This document shows, piece by piece, positions 17,130-26,537 of a DNA stretch of 42,394 nt. Every line of letters begins with the position of its first letter. The first letter of the stretch is position 1. Source of the DNA: a virus (Duplodnaviria; Caudoviricetes); the IMG/VR virus record IMGVR_UViG_3300011441_000019, positions 1 to 42,394 of that record; one strand, 5' to 3'. The position numbers and the translations under genes were made by a program. The notes beneath the pieces are model-generated. The model saw nothing but the letters and a program-made list of their open reading frames with translations. It did no database searches and was not told the origin of the DNA.

Positions 17130-18712
17130 AAACGATTTTCTCACCTGCCCGCATTGCCGGCCTGCTGGCCTGCCTGCTCACCTTCCCGGCCGCCGCGCAA
17201 TACATCCACACCCTCGAGTACACGGACCCCGGGCGGCGCATCATCGACAAGGTGAATTCCAACACGGTGGCCTCGGTGTCGGCCGGGAGCACGTTGTTCG
17301 TGGATGCGGCGTTGGGGAGTGATTCGACCGGGCGGCGCGGCCGGCCGGACCGCCCGTTTGCCACGCCGTGGGTGGCACGCACGAATGCCCAGGATGGGGA
17401 TCTGATCGTGGTGCGCCCGGGGCTCTACCAAACCGGCACGACCAACTTGTTCAAGGCCGGCCGGCTGACGTGGGATTTTCAAGGGGCCACGTTGCGGTTC
17501 GTGGACATCCCTACCAACAGCAGCGGTTGCGGCATGTTCGACGATCGGTTTACCGGCGCAGTGGCCTGCAGCAACGACGTCATTGGGTCGCTCACTCTCC
17601 AGTATAATTCCGGCACCAACGTCTTTCTCAACACCAACGACTGCACCCTCGGCTACAACACCAATGCCCTGGGCGCCATTGTGCTGAGTAACATTCCGGC
17701 GCCGTCGCTGATCCGTTGGGTGGCCGAGACCAAAATTGAAACGGTCGGCGCCGCGCCCGTGCCGTTTTCGCTCTACCTCCACAATTGCCAGACGGGAACC
17801 GTCTTCCGGACCCTCTCGGACAGCCAGCTCCTCTGGCCTTCCAACCAGGTCGTGATCACGACCAACTGTCCCGCGTCACCGGGCGATCCCTGGACGGTGG
17901 ACATCGGGAAAAACTTCATCTGGTGGGGGCCCAGCGCCACGGCGGAGGTTTACGTGGATTACACCATCCACAATCAGCTTTACGCGGTGGACGGCTACGG
18001 CGAGACCTCCAGTGATTCCGGAGAACTCCGTTACCGCGCCAACTTGAGCGACGGGAAAATCTACCTGGTGGGCCGGTCAAAAAGTTGGAAATTCTGGGGC
18101 GAGGCGCTGGAATGGAAAAACACCGCTCCCAACTCGCCCACGCTCTTTGAATTCCACAGCGCCGGCAGCCATTACCTGGGCGGCCAGAAGGCTTCGACGC
18201 GCGGCGGCACCATCTTCGACTTCACCAACCCGCAAAACAGCGGCGATACGAATTTGGTCACTTGGGTGGATTTTGATAAGGTGAGCGGTTCCAACGGCTG
18301 GGCGCGTGTGACCCACGGGCACCTGCGCGGCCGGGTCGGCCATTTCGAGCAAAACGGCCCGGCCAATGGCACTCCCGGAATCTTCGTCACGAACATCTCG
18401 GCACTGGTCTCCTTGAGCGGCGAGGACATGTACGCCGAGGGCACGTCGGTGAGCCACGGCGGAGGGCGCACCAAGCTGATCAACTACGAGATTTATTCCA
18501 CCAATCGCGATCCCGTGCTCGTCACCGGCAGCGGCCTGCGCCTCCACAACAACGTCCTGGTGCCCGGACTGCTCGCCACCAACTCCATTCGTGCGGCCAC
18601 CGCCCAGACCGTGGGCGTTTACGGGATGCTGCTCCAGAAATCCAACGCCCACGCCAATATCACTTTTTCGAGCGGCCTGACCAACGTGATCACCGACTTC
18701 GACACGGACTGA
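17126..18712 (+). CDS. Secreted beta-helix (pectate-lyase-like) protein, possible spike/depolymerase
   Basis: Sec signal MKTIFSPARIAGLLACLLTFPAAA|Q; FVDAALGSD...PFATP...DGDLIVVRPGLY beta-helix cap motif. Confidence 0.7.
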   Translation: MKTIFSPARIAGLLACLLTFPAAAQYIHTLEYTDPGRRIIDKVNSNTVASVSAGSTLFVDAALGSDSTGRRGRPDRPFATPWVARTNAQDGDLIVVRPGLYQTGTTNLFKAGRLTWDFQGATLRFVDIPTNSSGCGMFDDRFTGAVACSNDVIGSLTLQYNSGTNVFLNTNDCTLGYNTNALGAIVLSNIPAPSLIRWVAETKIETVGAAPVPFSLYLHNCQTGTVFRTLSDSQLLWPSNQVVITTNCPASPGDPWTVDIGKNFIWWGPSATAEVYVDYTIHNQLYAVDGYGETSSDSGELRYRANLSDGKIYLVGRSKSWKFWGEALEWKNTAPNSPTLFEFHSAGSHYLGGQKASTRGGTIFDFTNPQNSGDTNLVTWVDFDKVSGSNGWARVTHGHLRGRVGHFEQNGPANGTPGIFVTNISALVSLSGEDMYAEGTSVSHGGGRTKLINYEIYSTNRDPVLVTGSGLRLHNNVLVPGLLATNSIRAATAQTVGVYGMLLQKSNAHANITFSSGLTNVITDFDTD

Positions 18713-18714
18713 TT

Positions 18715-19092
18715 ATGGGCGCTCCCACCTGCTGGCTTTCCGGCCTGCTGGCCTGCTTCCTGACGGGATGCGCTGGGCCAGGCAGGCCAGCAGGCCGGCA
18801 GGCCAGCAGGCCGGAGCGGGGGCTCGCGGTGCCGGTCCCGGGCGGCGGGCACCAGCTCATGACCGCGCGGGCGGTCGAACCCATGTTCAAGGCCGCGGCG
18901 ATCATCGGCACCCGATCGTTCACCTGGCGCTTTGATGTGCCGCAGGGGACGACGGTTTCCAACTTCTGGTGGGACTTGCAACGGAGCACCAACCTCCGCA
19001 CGTGGGTGACCATCCAAACGAACATCATCGCGCCGATCGATGTGCTCATCACGAACGAGATGGAGTTTTTTCGGCTGCGGGGACGGCTGTGA
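18715..19092 (+). CDS. Putative lipoprotein with C-terminal export-type domain
   Basis: Lipobox FLTG|C; C-terminus LQRSTNLRTW...TNEMEFFRL. Confidence 0.6.
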   Translation: MGAPTCWLSGLLACFLTGCAGPGRPAGRQASRPERGLAVPVPGGGHQLMTARAVEPMFKAAAIIGTRSFTWRFDVPQGTTVSNFWWDLQRSTNLRTWVTIQTNIIAPIDVLITNEMEFFRLRGRL

Positions 19093-19289
19093 TGAAAGGC
19101 GCGAGGCACGAGGCGCGAGGCGCGATGGAACCGGCGGAGTTCCGGGTGCGGGCGCTGTTGCGGTTTCCGTTCTCGCCGTGGATCCGCGAGGCGACCATCG
19201 CGGCGTTGCGCGCGGATCCGGTGACGGCGCCGTTCGTGCCGGCGGAGGTGGGGCCGGGGCAATCCCCCAATCTCTTCCCTGACTCCTGA
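19092..19289 (+). CDS. Small hypothetical protein
   Basis: TGATG overlap; begins with (GGCRCGA)x4 repeat. Confidence 0.4.
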   Translation: MKGARHEARGAMEPAEFRVRALLRFPFSPWIREATIAALRADPVTAPFVPAEVGPGQSPNLFPDS

Positions 19290-19298
19290 CCGCGGGGC

Positions 19299-19859
19299 GT
19301 GACGCGGGACCAACGCGCGCGAAGTATCTCGCCCGCCATTCCCCCGCGCACCAAAATGACCATGACGTTACAGGAGCAGAGTCCCAAAATACTTCGCGGC
19401 ATCGAGCTGACCCGGCAGATCAAGTTGCTGACCGAGGAGCTGGATGCGTTGAAGGCGGAGTTTCGCAGCGAGGCGGAGCAGGAAATCCGGCGCGCCGGCA
19501 CGGGCGAGCTGCCGGGCCAAAGCTGGACGTTCAACACGGAGCCGCGCGAGTTCAAGGCGCTGGTGTCCTTCCCGAAGATCGGGCTGCTGCGCGAGTTATT
19601 CTTCATCAATAAAATTCCGCACCGTTACGCGGAGGACCCCAAGACCGGGGACAAGGTGCCGACGCCCATCGATTGCGACGTGCGCGAGGTGTGCGGGGAG
19701 CATTTCACGAAGTTGTGGACGCCGTTTTACCGGCCGGCCAAGGCCTTCCCGGAGCTGGTGCAGGCGATGATCGAGCCGAAGGCCCGCGCGCAGCGGCTGC
19801 TGCGGATGCTCGAGGAGCCGCCGCGGGCGGGGAGCGTGAAATTCGATGTGGTGAAGTGA
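19299..19859 (+). CDS. Hypothetical protein
   Basis: 186 aa (alternative ATG 19356); coiled-coil N-terminus. Confidence 0.7.
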   Translation: MTRDQRARSISPAIPPRTKMTMTLQEQSPKILRGIELTRQIKLLTEELDALKAEFRSEAEQEIRRAGTGELPGQSWTFNTEPREFKALVSFPKIGLLRELFFINKIPHRYAEDPKTGDKVPTPIDCDVREVCGEHFTKLWTPFYRPAKAFPELVQAMIEPKARAQRLLRMLEEPPRAGSVKFDVVK

Positions 19860-19881
19860 GGGTGTGACGAGAATCGAGCCC

Positions 19882-19932
19882 CAATGGTGTGAGGGGTCCG
19901 CCCTCACCTGTATCCTCTCCCCCAGGAGAGGA
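19882..19932. repeat. CCCTCA...CTCCCCCAGGAG REP-like element (copy 1)
   Basis: CAATGGTGTGAG.GG.CCGCCCTCA...CTCCCCCAGGAGA shared with 22280-22340. Confidence 0.7.
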
Positions 19933-19958
19933 CGCTGGCGCTGTGGGTCCACCTTCTC

Positions 19959-20774
19959 ATGAAGCCGACGATTTCTTTGGACCAGGCGGGGCTCAACCGG
20001 GCGCTGGGGCGTTTCGTCGCGGAGACGGGCCGCTCGATGGCGGCGGCCGTGAAGGAGCAGGCCAAGGCGTTCGTGCGGGATCTCATCGGGGGCACGCCGC
20101 CTTTTGGTAAGCATCCATTCACCAGGTCCACCAACGCGAACACCACGGGGGAGAGTTACAACGAGCAGCGGCGCATCGGCGAACGGGCGGTGCGTCGCGA
20201 CGTGCGCCGGGTGTTCAAGGACGTGGCGGTGCTGGCGCGGTGGATGGCGCGCAAGTTCAAGGACCCCGAGCTGGGCGCGCGGGTGCTGCGTTACGCGAAG
20301 CTCTCGGACACGCAGGCCATCCAAACGATTCTCAATGCCATGAACCTGCGCGGGTCGGTGCAGGTGATGGCAACGCGCAAGGACCATGCCTCGCGGCGGA
20401 ATCGACGGGGCCGGGTGAGCCCGCGCGGGCTGCGGTTCTTCATTACCGACGGCAAAAGTGTGGACGATTACGAAAAGGAGCAGGTGAGCCACGTGGGCAA
20501 GGCCAAGGGGGGCTGGGCCTCGGCCGCGGCGGCGCTCGGGGTGCCCGTGCCGGCGTGGATCCGGCGTAACGCGGGGCCGGGCATCGCGGATGTGAGCCAG
20601 CTCGCGAATTTGAAGAAGCCGAGTGTGACGATCGGCAACCTGGTCGCGCACGCGCAGAGCATGCCGCGGGAGGTCATCGAGGCGGTGGTGGAGAACCGGA
20701 TCCGGGCGATGCGGATCCGCGCGGAGGCGATTGTGAAGGCGGAGTACGAGAAGGAGCGGAGGCGAGGCCGGTGA
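19959..20774 (+). CDS. Putative tail completion/neck protein (HK97 gp10/lambda Z-like)
   Basis: Very basic, 271 aa, located ahead of terminator and tube genes. Confidence 0.5.
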   Translation: MKPTISLDQAGLNRALGRFVAETGRSMAAAVKEQAKAFVRDLIGGTPPFGKHPFTRSTNANTTGESYNEQRRIGERAVRRDVRRVFKDVAVLARWMARKFKDPELGARVLRYAKLSDTQAIQTILNAMNLRGSVQVMATRKDHASRRNRRGRVSPRGLRFFITDGKSVDDYEKEQVSHVGKAKGGWASAAAALGVPVPAWIRRNAGPGIADVSQLANLKKPSVTIGNLVAHAQSMPREVIEAVVENRIRAMRIRAEAIVKAEYEKERRRGR

Positions 20775-20776
20775 TG

Positions 20777-20851
20777 GGTAGGGACGCCTTCCACGGCGTC
20801 CGTGATCTTTCCCCGATCTAAAATGGGACGCGGTGGAACGCGGTCCCTACC
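20777..20851. repeat. GTAG-type REP doublet
   Basis: GGTAGGGACGCCTTCCACGGCGTCC...GGACGCGGTGGAACGCGGTCCCTACC. Confidence 0.75.
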
Positions 20852-20881
20852 TGGGTGGCGACTGACTTCGGGCGCCAGCCT

Positions 20882-21367
20882 GTGGCGACGTTTTACAATG
20901 ATTTGATCGAGAAGGGAGAGGCGGCCATTAAGGCGGTGTTGGAGGGGGCGGATACGGGCATCGATGCGGCTCAGATTCTCACTTCGTTTTCCACGCAGCG
21001 GGAGACCAAGGGGCGCGCGAGCATCATCATCAATGGCCTGGGCGGCCAGGAGGATGGCCACAATTCGGGGAACGAACGGCTTTCGTGGGTGGTGTCGGTG
21101 GAGAGTAACGCGGACGATGTGAAGGACGAGGAGACGACGGAGGAGAATGGCGCGGCGCGGGCCAGGCACCGGGATTATTGCGCAAAGGTGTTCGATGCGC
21201 TGAAGGCCCCGGGGTTGCACACGGCGTTATCGGCCGCGGTGGAGGAGTTCACGGTGTTCGATAGCATCCAGCGCAGCCGCGGGCCGAGCCGGCTGGTGAA
21301 GCGGAAGTTTCAAAGTGAGTTCCGGCTGGAGTTCAGTTGCGCGCCCAGCGCGATTGCGGCGAGCTGA
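20882..21367 (+). CDS. Putative tail terminator protein
   Basis: Size, alpha/beta pattern and position before the tube gene; GTG 14 nt after CTGACT. Confidence 0.5.
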   Translation: MATFYNDLIEKGEAAIKAVLEGADTGIDAAQILTSFSTQRETKGRASIIINGLGGQEDGHNSGNERLSWVVSVESNADDVKDEETTEENGAARARHRDYCAKVFDALKAPGLHTALSAAVEEFTVFDSIQRSRGPSRLVKRKFQSEFRLEFSCAPSAIAAS

Positions 21368-21424
21368 CCGCAATGGGAAAGAGCGGACCGGTCCACCAAC
21401 CATTGACTTGTTGGGCGAGCGCGC

Positions 21425-21874
21425 ATGGCTGAGCAATACGGAACGGCGCATATTCACGGAATGTCCGGGGCGTCCATCGGCAGCATCGCCGCGGTGTCGC
21501 CCAACCTGCAGGGGGGCTCGCTGGCGGTCATCGGCGGGGATGACGAGATCAAAAACCAGGCCGGAGAGGTGACGGGCTTGATTGGCTCGAATCATGTGCT
21601 GGAGGCCACGTTTGAATTCATTCCGGAGGGGACCACGATCTCCAATGCGCGGGTGGCCGCGACGTTACCGAAGGTGAATGCGCCGGTGCTGATTACCGGG
21701 ATGCCGATCGTGGCGTGCGCCGGGTTCACGGATGCTTACAACACGAACGGCGGGAATACGCAGCCGTGGTTTTTCAAGAGCGGGCGGATCAATCACCTGG
21801 CGGATGGCAAGTGGACGGGGACATTTACGTTGCGCCGCTATTTGCTGGTGACGTCGGGCACGCCGCTCGCGTGA
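21425..21874 (+). CDS. Putative major tail tube protein
   Basis: 149 aa, beta-rich, DEIKNQAGEVTG hairpin loop; position. Confidence 0.6.
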   Translation: MAEQYGTAHIHGMSGASIGSIAAVSPNLQGGSLAVIGGDDEIKNQAGEVTGLIGSNHVLEATFEFIPEGTTISNARVAATLPKVNAPVLITGMPIVACAGFTDAYNTNGGNTQPWFFKSGRINHLADGKWTGTFTLRRYLLVTSGTPLA

Positions 21875-21886
21875 TTTTTAATTTTT

Positions 21887-22249
21887 ATGGCGAATGAAAT
21901 CTCGGCGGCGGTGAGCCTGGGCGTCTCGAAGAACGGGGCGACGATCTCCAATAGCTACAACGGCAACGGCGATCTGTCGGGCACCGAAATGCTTTCGAGC
22001 GTGCAGCAGTTCTCGACCGCCAACAGCCAGGCCGTGTCGATCGGCGGGTGCGACCAGGTGAATGCGCTGATGATTAAGAATCTCGATTCCAGCATTGCCA
22101 TCACGGTGAGCCTGGACACGACGCACACGCAGGTCATTTCGGTGATCCCGGCCGGCCGGGCGGTGTTGCTGTGGGGCATTGCCACGACGTTTTATTGCAA
22201 GAGCGCCTCGGGCACGGTGGATGTGATGGTGACGGTGTGTGAGACGTGA
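21887..22249 (+). CDS. Putative structural protein (beta sandwich)
   Basis: 120 aa; LMIKNLD...IPAG pattern. Confidence 0.6.
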   Translation: MANEISAAVSLGVSKNGATISNSYNGNGDLSGTEMLSSVQQFSTANSQAVSIGGCDQVNALMIKNLDSSIAITVSLDTTHTQVISVIPAGRAVLLWGIATTFYCKSASGTVDVMVTVCET

Positions 22250-22279
22250 GCCGCCGCAAATTGGGAAAGCGCCTGGCCG

Positions 22280-22340
22280 CAATGGTGTGAGCGGACCGCC
22301 CTCATCCGGCCTGCGGCCACCTTCTCCCCCAGGAGAAGGG
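22280..22340. repeat. CCCTCA...CTCCCCCAGGAG REP-like element (copy 2)
   Basis: Homologous to 19882-19932; hairpin CCTTCTCC-ccca-GGAGAAGG. Confidence 0.7.
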
Positions 22341-22352
22341 GAACGAAAATGA

Positions 22353-23024
22353 ATGACGCCGTTTTTCCAGCGCGCCGCGGCTTACGGGCCCGGTTGTTGC
22401 GTCGCCGATCAACCGGTCATCCTCGGGTGGCGGCTCCGTCCGCTCTCCAACGGTCATTCCCTGTTGCTCCACGCTTGCGCCTCCCCTTTCTCGTGCCCGG
22501 ACTCCCCGCTTGAGTTGCGGGATTTCTTCACGTCGATCTTCATCTGCGCCCATCCCTGGCGGCAAAGCGAGCGGCTGCTGCGCTCGCGCTGGCTCCCGTT
22601 CTATTTTCGCGTGTGGCATTTCCTGCAACGGCGCACGGCGCTCAACCCGGAGCTGCGCAAGTTTCAAGCCTGGTGGACGGAGCAGAATGAGACGCCGGCG
22701 TTCAAGCTGCCGGAGCGCAGCGGCGATGCGCGGCCGAGCAGCGCGCCGCGCACGTTCATTCGCCTGGCGTTTTTGATGGGGGAGTTGCACCTGCCGGAGG
22801 CCGAGGCCCTCGATATGCCCGTGGTGCGGGCCAATGCGTTGTACGCAACGTGGCTGGATTGGACGGGCAAGGCGGAGTTGCTGACGCATTCGCCGCATTT
22901 GAATTCGGCGTTCTGGCGATTCGCGATGGAGAAGGACCGCGAGAAGTTCAATGAGGACGGCACGCGCAAGGGAGAGCAGGCCAGCAGGCCAGCGGGCCAG
23001 CAGGTGGGAGGAGGAACGGCCTGA
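22353..23024 (+). CDS. Putative tail assembly chaperone
   Basis: Directly upstream of tape measure gene; LRPLS...EALDMP pattern. Confidence 0.55.
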   Translation: MTPFFQRAAAYGPGCCVADQPVILGWRLRPLSNGHSLLLHACASPFSCPDSPLELRDFFTSIFICAHPWRQSERLLRSRWLPFYFRVWHFLQRRTALNPELRKFQAWWTEQNETPAFKLPERSGDARPSSAPRTFIRLAFLMGELHLPEAEALDMPVVRANALYATWLDWTGKAELLTHSPHLNSAFWRFAMEKDREKFNEDGTRKGEQASRPAGQQVGGGTA

Positions 23025-24187
23025 TGCTCGGCGGTCTCTTCAATCTGATTTTCCGCCTGGGGACGGATAACACCGACTTCAACCGGGGGCTGGGCGAGGC
23101 GACGGCGCGGGCGAATACGGCGGCCAGAGGGATGACGGCCGGGTTTACGAGAGCCTTTGCCAGCTTGTTCGCGGCGGGCGCGCTGACGAAACAGATCATC
23201 GACCTGGGCGGCGAGGTGAAGGATTTGAGTGACCGGCTGGGGGTGAGTGTGGAGGAGGTGCAGGAGTTCAGTCTGGCGGCGCGGTTGGGCGGGCAGGACG
23301 CGGGCACGTTCGCCCGGGCCATCGAACGCATCCGGCTAGCCATGGTGGAGGGGGCGTCCGGCAAGAATCCATTGGCACAGTTCGGGATCACGCTCCAGGA
23401 GCTGCAAAGCGGGGACGCGGTGGGCATCTTGCGAAAACTTTCCGAGGCGCTCAAGGACACGGCGATGAGTGCGGACCAGTTCAAGTCTCTGGTGGATGTG
23501 ATGGGTGCGCGCGGGGCGGGCGGCGTGATTAACATGCTCAAGGAGCTGCAAAATGCCAAGGGCAGCTTTCTCACGAAGGAGGAGGTCGATCTGCTGGACC
23601 GCGGCGGCGATGCGCTCACGAAGTTCTGGACGAACCTCAAGTTGATGGGGGCCAAGTTCATTTTTCTGGATGAGAAGGCAAAGGTCCAATTGGGCCTAAG
23701 GAAGCAGGCGCCGGCAGCGGGTGCGCTGCCGGCCGTGGAGGGCATCGAGGCGCAGATGGCGCTGGAGAAGAAGACCACGGAGGACCTGGCCAAGCTCCGC
23801 CAGGAGACCGATGAGCTGAATGAAAAGAATCGCAGGGCGCAGCTCACGGACGAGGAGCGGCTCAATGAGTTGCTGATGGAGCGCACGGAGTTGATCCGGC
23901 GGCTCCAGTTCGCGCTGGATGAGAAAGGGGCGGCCGAAATCCAGTTTCAACTGGCGCAGAACGCCGCCGGGTTGCTCGTCGCGCAGAAGGCGCTGGCGCC
24001 GGGCGCGTTTTCGTTGCCGTCGTCCCGCGGGCTGCCGCGCAACACGGATGCGTTGTTGAGCGTGGGGAATTTCCTGGGGAGCGCGCCGGATTCGGAGTTG
24101 AGCCGGCGCATGGAGCAGCAAACGCGGGAGCTGAAGGCGATCCGGGCCGCCATCGAAAAGCAGGGCATCAAACTCATTTTTGACTGA
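23024..24187 (+). CDS. Tape measure protein (short)
   Basis: LGTDNTDFNRGL N-terminus, DLSDRLGVSVEEVQ, long Ala/Leu/Glu helices. Confidence 0.8.
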   Translation: MLGGLFNLIFRLGTDNTDFNRGLGEATARANTAARGMTAGFTRAFASLFAAGALTKQIIDLGGEVKDLSDRLGVSVEEVQEFSLAARLGGQDAGTFARAIERIRLAMVEGASGKNPLAQFGITLQELQSGDAVGILRKLSEALKDTAMSADQFKSLVDVMGARGAGGVINMLKELQNAKGSFLTKEEVDLLDRGGDALTKFWTNLKLMGAKFIFLDEKAKVQLGLRKQAPAAGALPAVEGIEAQMALEKKTTEDLAKLRQETDELNEKNRRAQLTDEERLNELLMERTELIRRLQFALDEKGAAEIQFQLAQNAAGLLVAQKALAPGAFSLPSSRGLPRNTDALLSVGNFLGSAPDSELSRRMEQQTRELKAIRAAIEKQGIKLIFD

Positions 24188-24205
24188 CTGGCAATGGAAC
24201 CGCAT

Positions 24206-24331
24206 ATGAGAATTGTCGATCTAATCCTGTTCTGGTTTCTCGCCCTCCCATCCTACTGGCCACTCGCGATCGTGCTCATGCTTATACTCTCCGCCTTCGC
24301 CCTGGGCTGCCTCGCCGGCCGGCGCCTTTGA
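24206..24331 (+). CDS. 41-aa membrane peptide (not in ORF track)
   Basis: MRIVDLILFWFLALPSYWPLAIVLMLILSAFALGCLAGRRL*; CTGACT-N16-ATG; fills TMP-next gene gap. Confidence 0.55.
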   Translation: MRIVDLILFWFLALPSYWPLAIVLMLILSAFALGCLAGRRL

Positions 24332-24332
24332 T

Positions 24333-25115
24333 ATGTCTGAGAATTATGGAGCGCGCGGTGCGAAGCGGATCTCCCGGTCGGGCTGGGATGCGCAGCAGGG
24401 GGATTTCATCGAGACGGTTTACGAGGGCACGCGCGAGTACGTCAATTCGTTGTTCGCGCCGGCGCGGCTTTCGTATGGGGTGCTTGCGGTGGAGACGGAG
24501 AATGAGGGGCCGCTTTACCGGTTGCGGGTGCGCTCGAGCGTAACGCCGACGTCCGAGACGGACCAAAACAGCCCGGAGAACACGGTGCGCATCCAGGTGA
24601 ACCGGGTGCAGAAGAGCATTTTCGAGCCGCCTGGGCCGGCGGGCATCACGGCGGGGCAGTTGCGGGTGATTAAGAAGGCGCTGGCGGAGGATTTGGAGAA
24701 TGCCACGCCGGCGTCGTTCCTGGCGGCCAACATCCTGCCGGGGTCGGACGCTTACACGCTTTACCAGCTCGCGCTGTCGGGCGTGGATTACCGGGTGGTC
24801 TATCAGCCGGTGTTGTATCGCACGCGGACGGCTCCAGCCGGGTTCAAGTGGGCGGATCGGTCGAACGGGGTGGGCTACAACCTGAGCCTGGAGGATATGA
24901 TGGCGGATGCGGTGTTGGGGAACATTTTGAATTTCCCGCTGCCGACGAATGACGCGTTGGTGAATTGGGTGGATGAGAGCGGCACCGCGGTGCAGTTCGC
25001 CTATGGCTGGGTGAAACACGCGCCCTATTACGACACGGCGGCGGGCAATCGCACGGTGGAGTATCTCGAGTACGAATACGGGCTGTGGCCGGTGTTGATG
25101 TATCCGCTGTTCTAA
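24333..25115 (+). CDS. Putative tail tip/distal tail protein
   Basis: 260 aa following the tape measure gene. Confidence 0.6.
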   Translation: MSENYGARGAKRISRSGWDAQQGDFIETVYEGTREYVNSLFAPARLSYGVLAVETENEGPLYRLRVRSSVTPTSETDQNSPENTVRIQVNRVQKSIFEPPGPAGITAGQLRVIKKALAEDLENATPASFLAANILPGSDAYTLYQLALSGVDYRVVYQPVLYRTRTAPAGFKWADRSNGVGYNLSLEDMMADAVLGNILNFPLPTNDALVNWVDESGTAVQFAYGWVKHAPYYDTAAGNRTVEYLEYEYGLWPVLMYPLF

Positions 25116-25116
25116 A

Positions 25117-25707
25117 ATGTTGCCGTTGCCAAAACCATTGACGGGCCAGAGCGGGCTGGAACGCTGGCTGATGCAGTTGCGGGAGTGCGTGAAGCAGGCC
25201 ACGCCGCGGGACAGCGAGTCGGTGAAGGTGACGCACACGAACCAGGGCGCGCACCTGCGGCTGACGTTGCCGCCGCCCGCGAGCTCGCCGGGCACGCCGG
25301 GTTTATTGAAACAGTTCCGGGTGAAGTCGGTGCAGAACGATCACCTGGTGTGCCGGGAGTTCGATGGCACGACGGAGGGCGCGAGTGATGTGTTGGTGGC
25401 GAAGCCGTTCAATTTGCGGCGCACCGGCTGGCATCAGGCGTCAGTTGTCTACACGCTGGAACCGTACCCGGGAAGTCCGGGGACGTTGACGGTGGTTTAT
25501 CAGTATCTGTCGCCAGTCTATCGCACGGCAACCTTTTCGGCGCAGGGCGGCGGTACGGTGGTTGAGCATCAAACAATCCGGCCAATCTATGTTCCGAATC
25601 GATCAGTCATTTTCGCCGGGCAGTCAGAGAATGGAACGGGTGTCTCGGGTGTCTCGATGGATTGGATAGACGCCAATTTTGACGCGCGGGCATGGGCTGA
25701 AGTATGA
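25117..25707 (+). CDS. Putative tail tip protein
   Basis: 196 aa in tail operon. Confidence 0.6.
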   Translation: MLPLPKPLTGQSGLERWLMQLRECVKQATPRDSESVKVTHTNQGAHLRLTLPPPASSPGTPGLLKQFRVKSVQNDHLVCREFDGTTEGASDVLVAKPFNLRRTGWHQASVVYTLEPYPGSPGTLTVVYQYLSPVYRTATFSAQGGGTVVEHQTIRPIYVPNRSVIFAGQSENGTGVSGVSMDWIDANFDARAWAEV

Positions 25708-26504
25708 GCTTCACGGAATTCTCTCAAAGTGATGGCAATGAATTCGTAGGCAGCGAGGGGCTTGAACGGGGCAATCGGCAAGGTGGCATTTACATGACCA
25801 CGATTGTCTGCTCTGGTTTTACTCCCAACGATGATATGAATGTGGCGGTGGAAATCCTCAACAGTATGAGGTCTTTTCTCCGGTGGCTGCCTTTACCACT
25901 CAAGCAGGGGCAATTGCTCTACACTTACGATCAGCAGACGAACACCGTGCAACGCTATCGGGAGCCAAGAGTTGCGCCAAACGGTTTCTTTCCAGGGCAA
26001 GTCAGTCTTGTCCCGCCGGCAGTTTTCGGACTGACGTTTCAAGTGGGTTGCGCACCGAATGAGTGTGTTTACGCTGGCAGAATAAGCGCCGGGCCGGTCT
26101 TCAGCGCACTGGTCTTATGTCGCAAGAAAATCAAATGGAGGATGACTCAGAAACAGCCGAATTTGATGCCACTGCGCCCACAACTCCGGCCTGTCTGTGT
26201 GTTCGATGCCTACAACATTCGCGATTTTAATTTGGCGAATTTTACGTCCAGATCGGCTGGCCCATTTTGCTACGAACCTGGCGAGGGAGGAGTGATTAAC
26301 GAGCCGCCCAATGCAGTCACTGGCCGAATGCTGCCCAGGTCGGAGATCGATTTTATGCCTCCACCAGCCGTGGTCTATGCCGATCCAGGTCTGTTCGTTG
26401 ACCGCACCGAGTTCGTGTTAAGGCGTATCATGGCCACCAAACCGGTGTTCCCTGGGGAGTTCGATGCTACTGCACAGGGCGTGGCCCCGTGCTGCGATCT
26501 GTAA
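25704..26504 (+). CDS. Putative tail protein, visibly lower GC
   Basis: 266 aa, ATGA overlap, many A/T-ending codons. Confidence 0.65.
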   Translation: MSFTEFSQSDGNEFVGSEGLERGNRQGGIYMTTIVCSGFTPNDDMNVAVEILNSMRSFLRWLPLPLKQGQLLYTYDQQTNTVQRYREPRVAPNGFFPGQVSLVPPAVFGLTFQVGCAPNECVYAGRISAGPVFSALVLCRKKIKWRMTQKQPNLMPLRPQLRPVCVFDAYNIRDFNLANFTSRSAGPFCYEPGEGGVINEPPNAVTGRMLPRSEIDFMPPPAVVYADPGLFVDRTEFVLRRIMATKPVFPGEFDATAQGVAPCCDL

Positions 26505-26537
26505 ACCCGGGGGCCTTGACTGGGACATCGGTCGGGC

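Noticed and set aside
14790-17144. Long antisense ORFs (also 1477-2850, 9497-11410, 11867-13075, 27088-28284)
   Set aside because: Shadow frames of real plus-strand genes, expected at high GC; Arg/His/Gly-rich with no motifs.
22249-23024. Programmed tail-chaperone frameshift
   Set aside because: A single ORF precedes the TMP, and I found no convincing slippery heptamer linking two frames.
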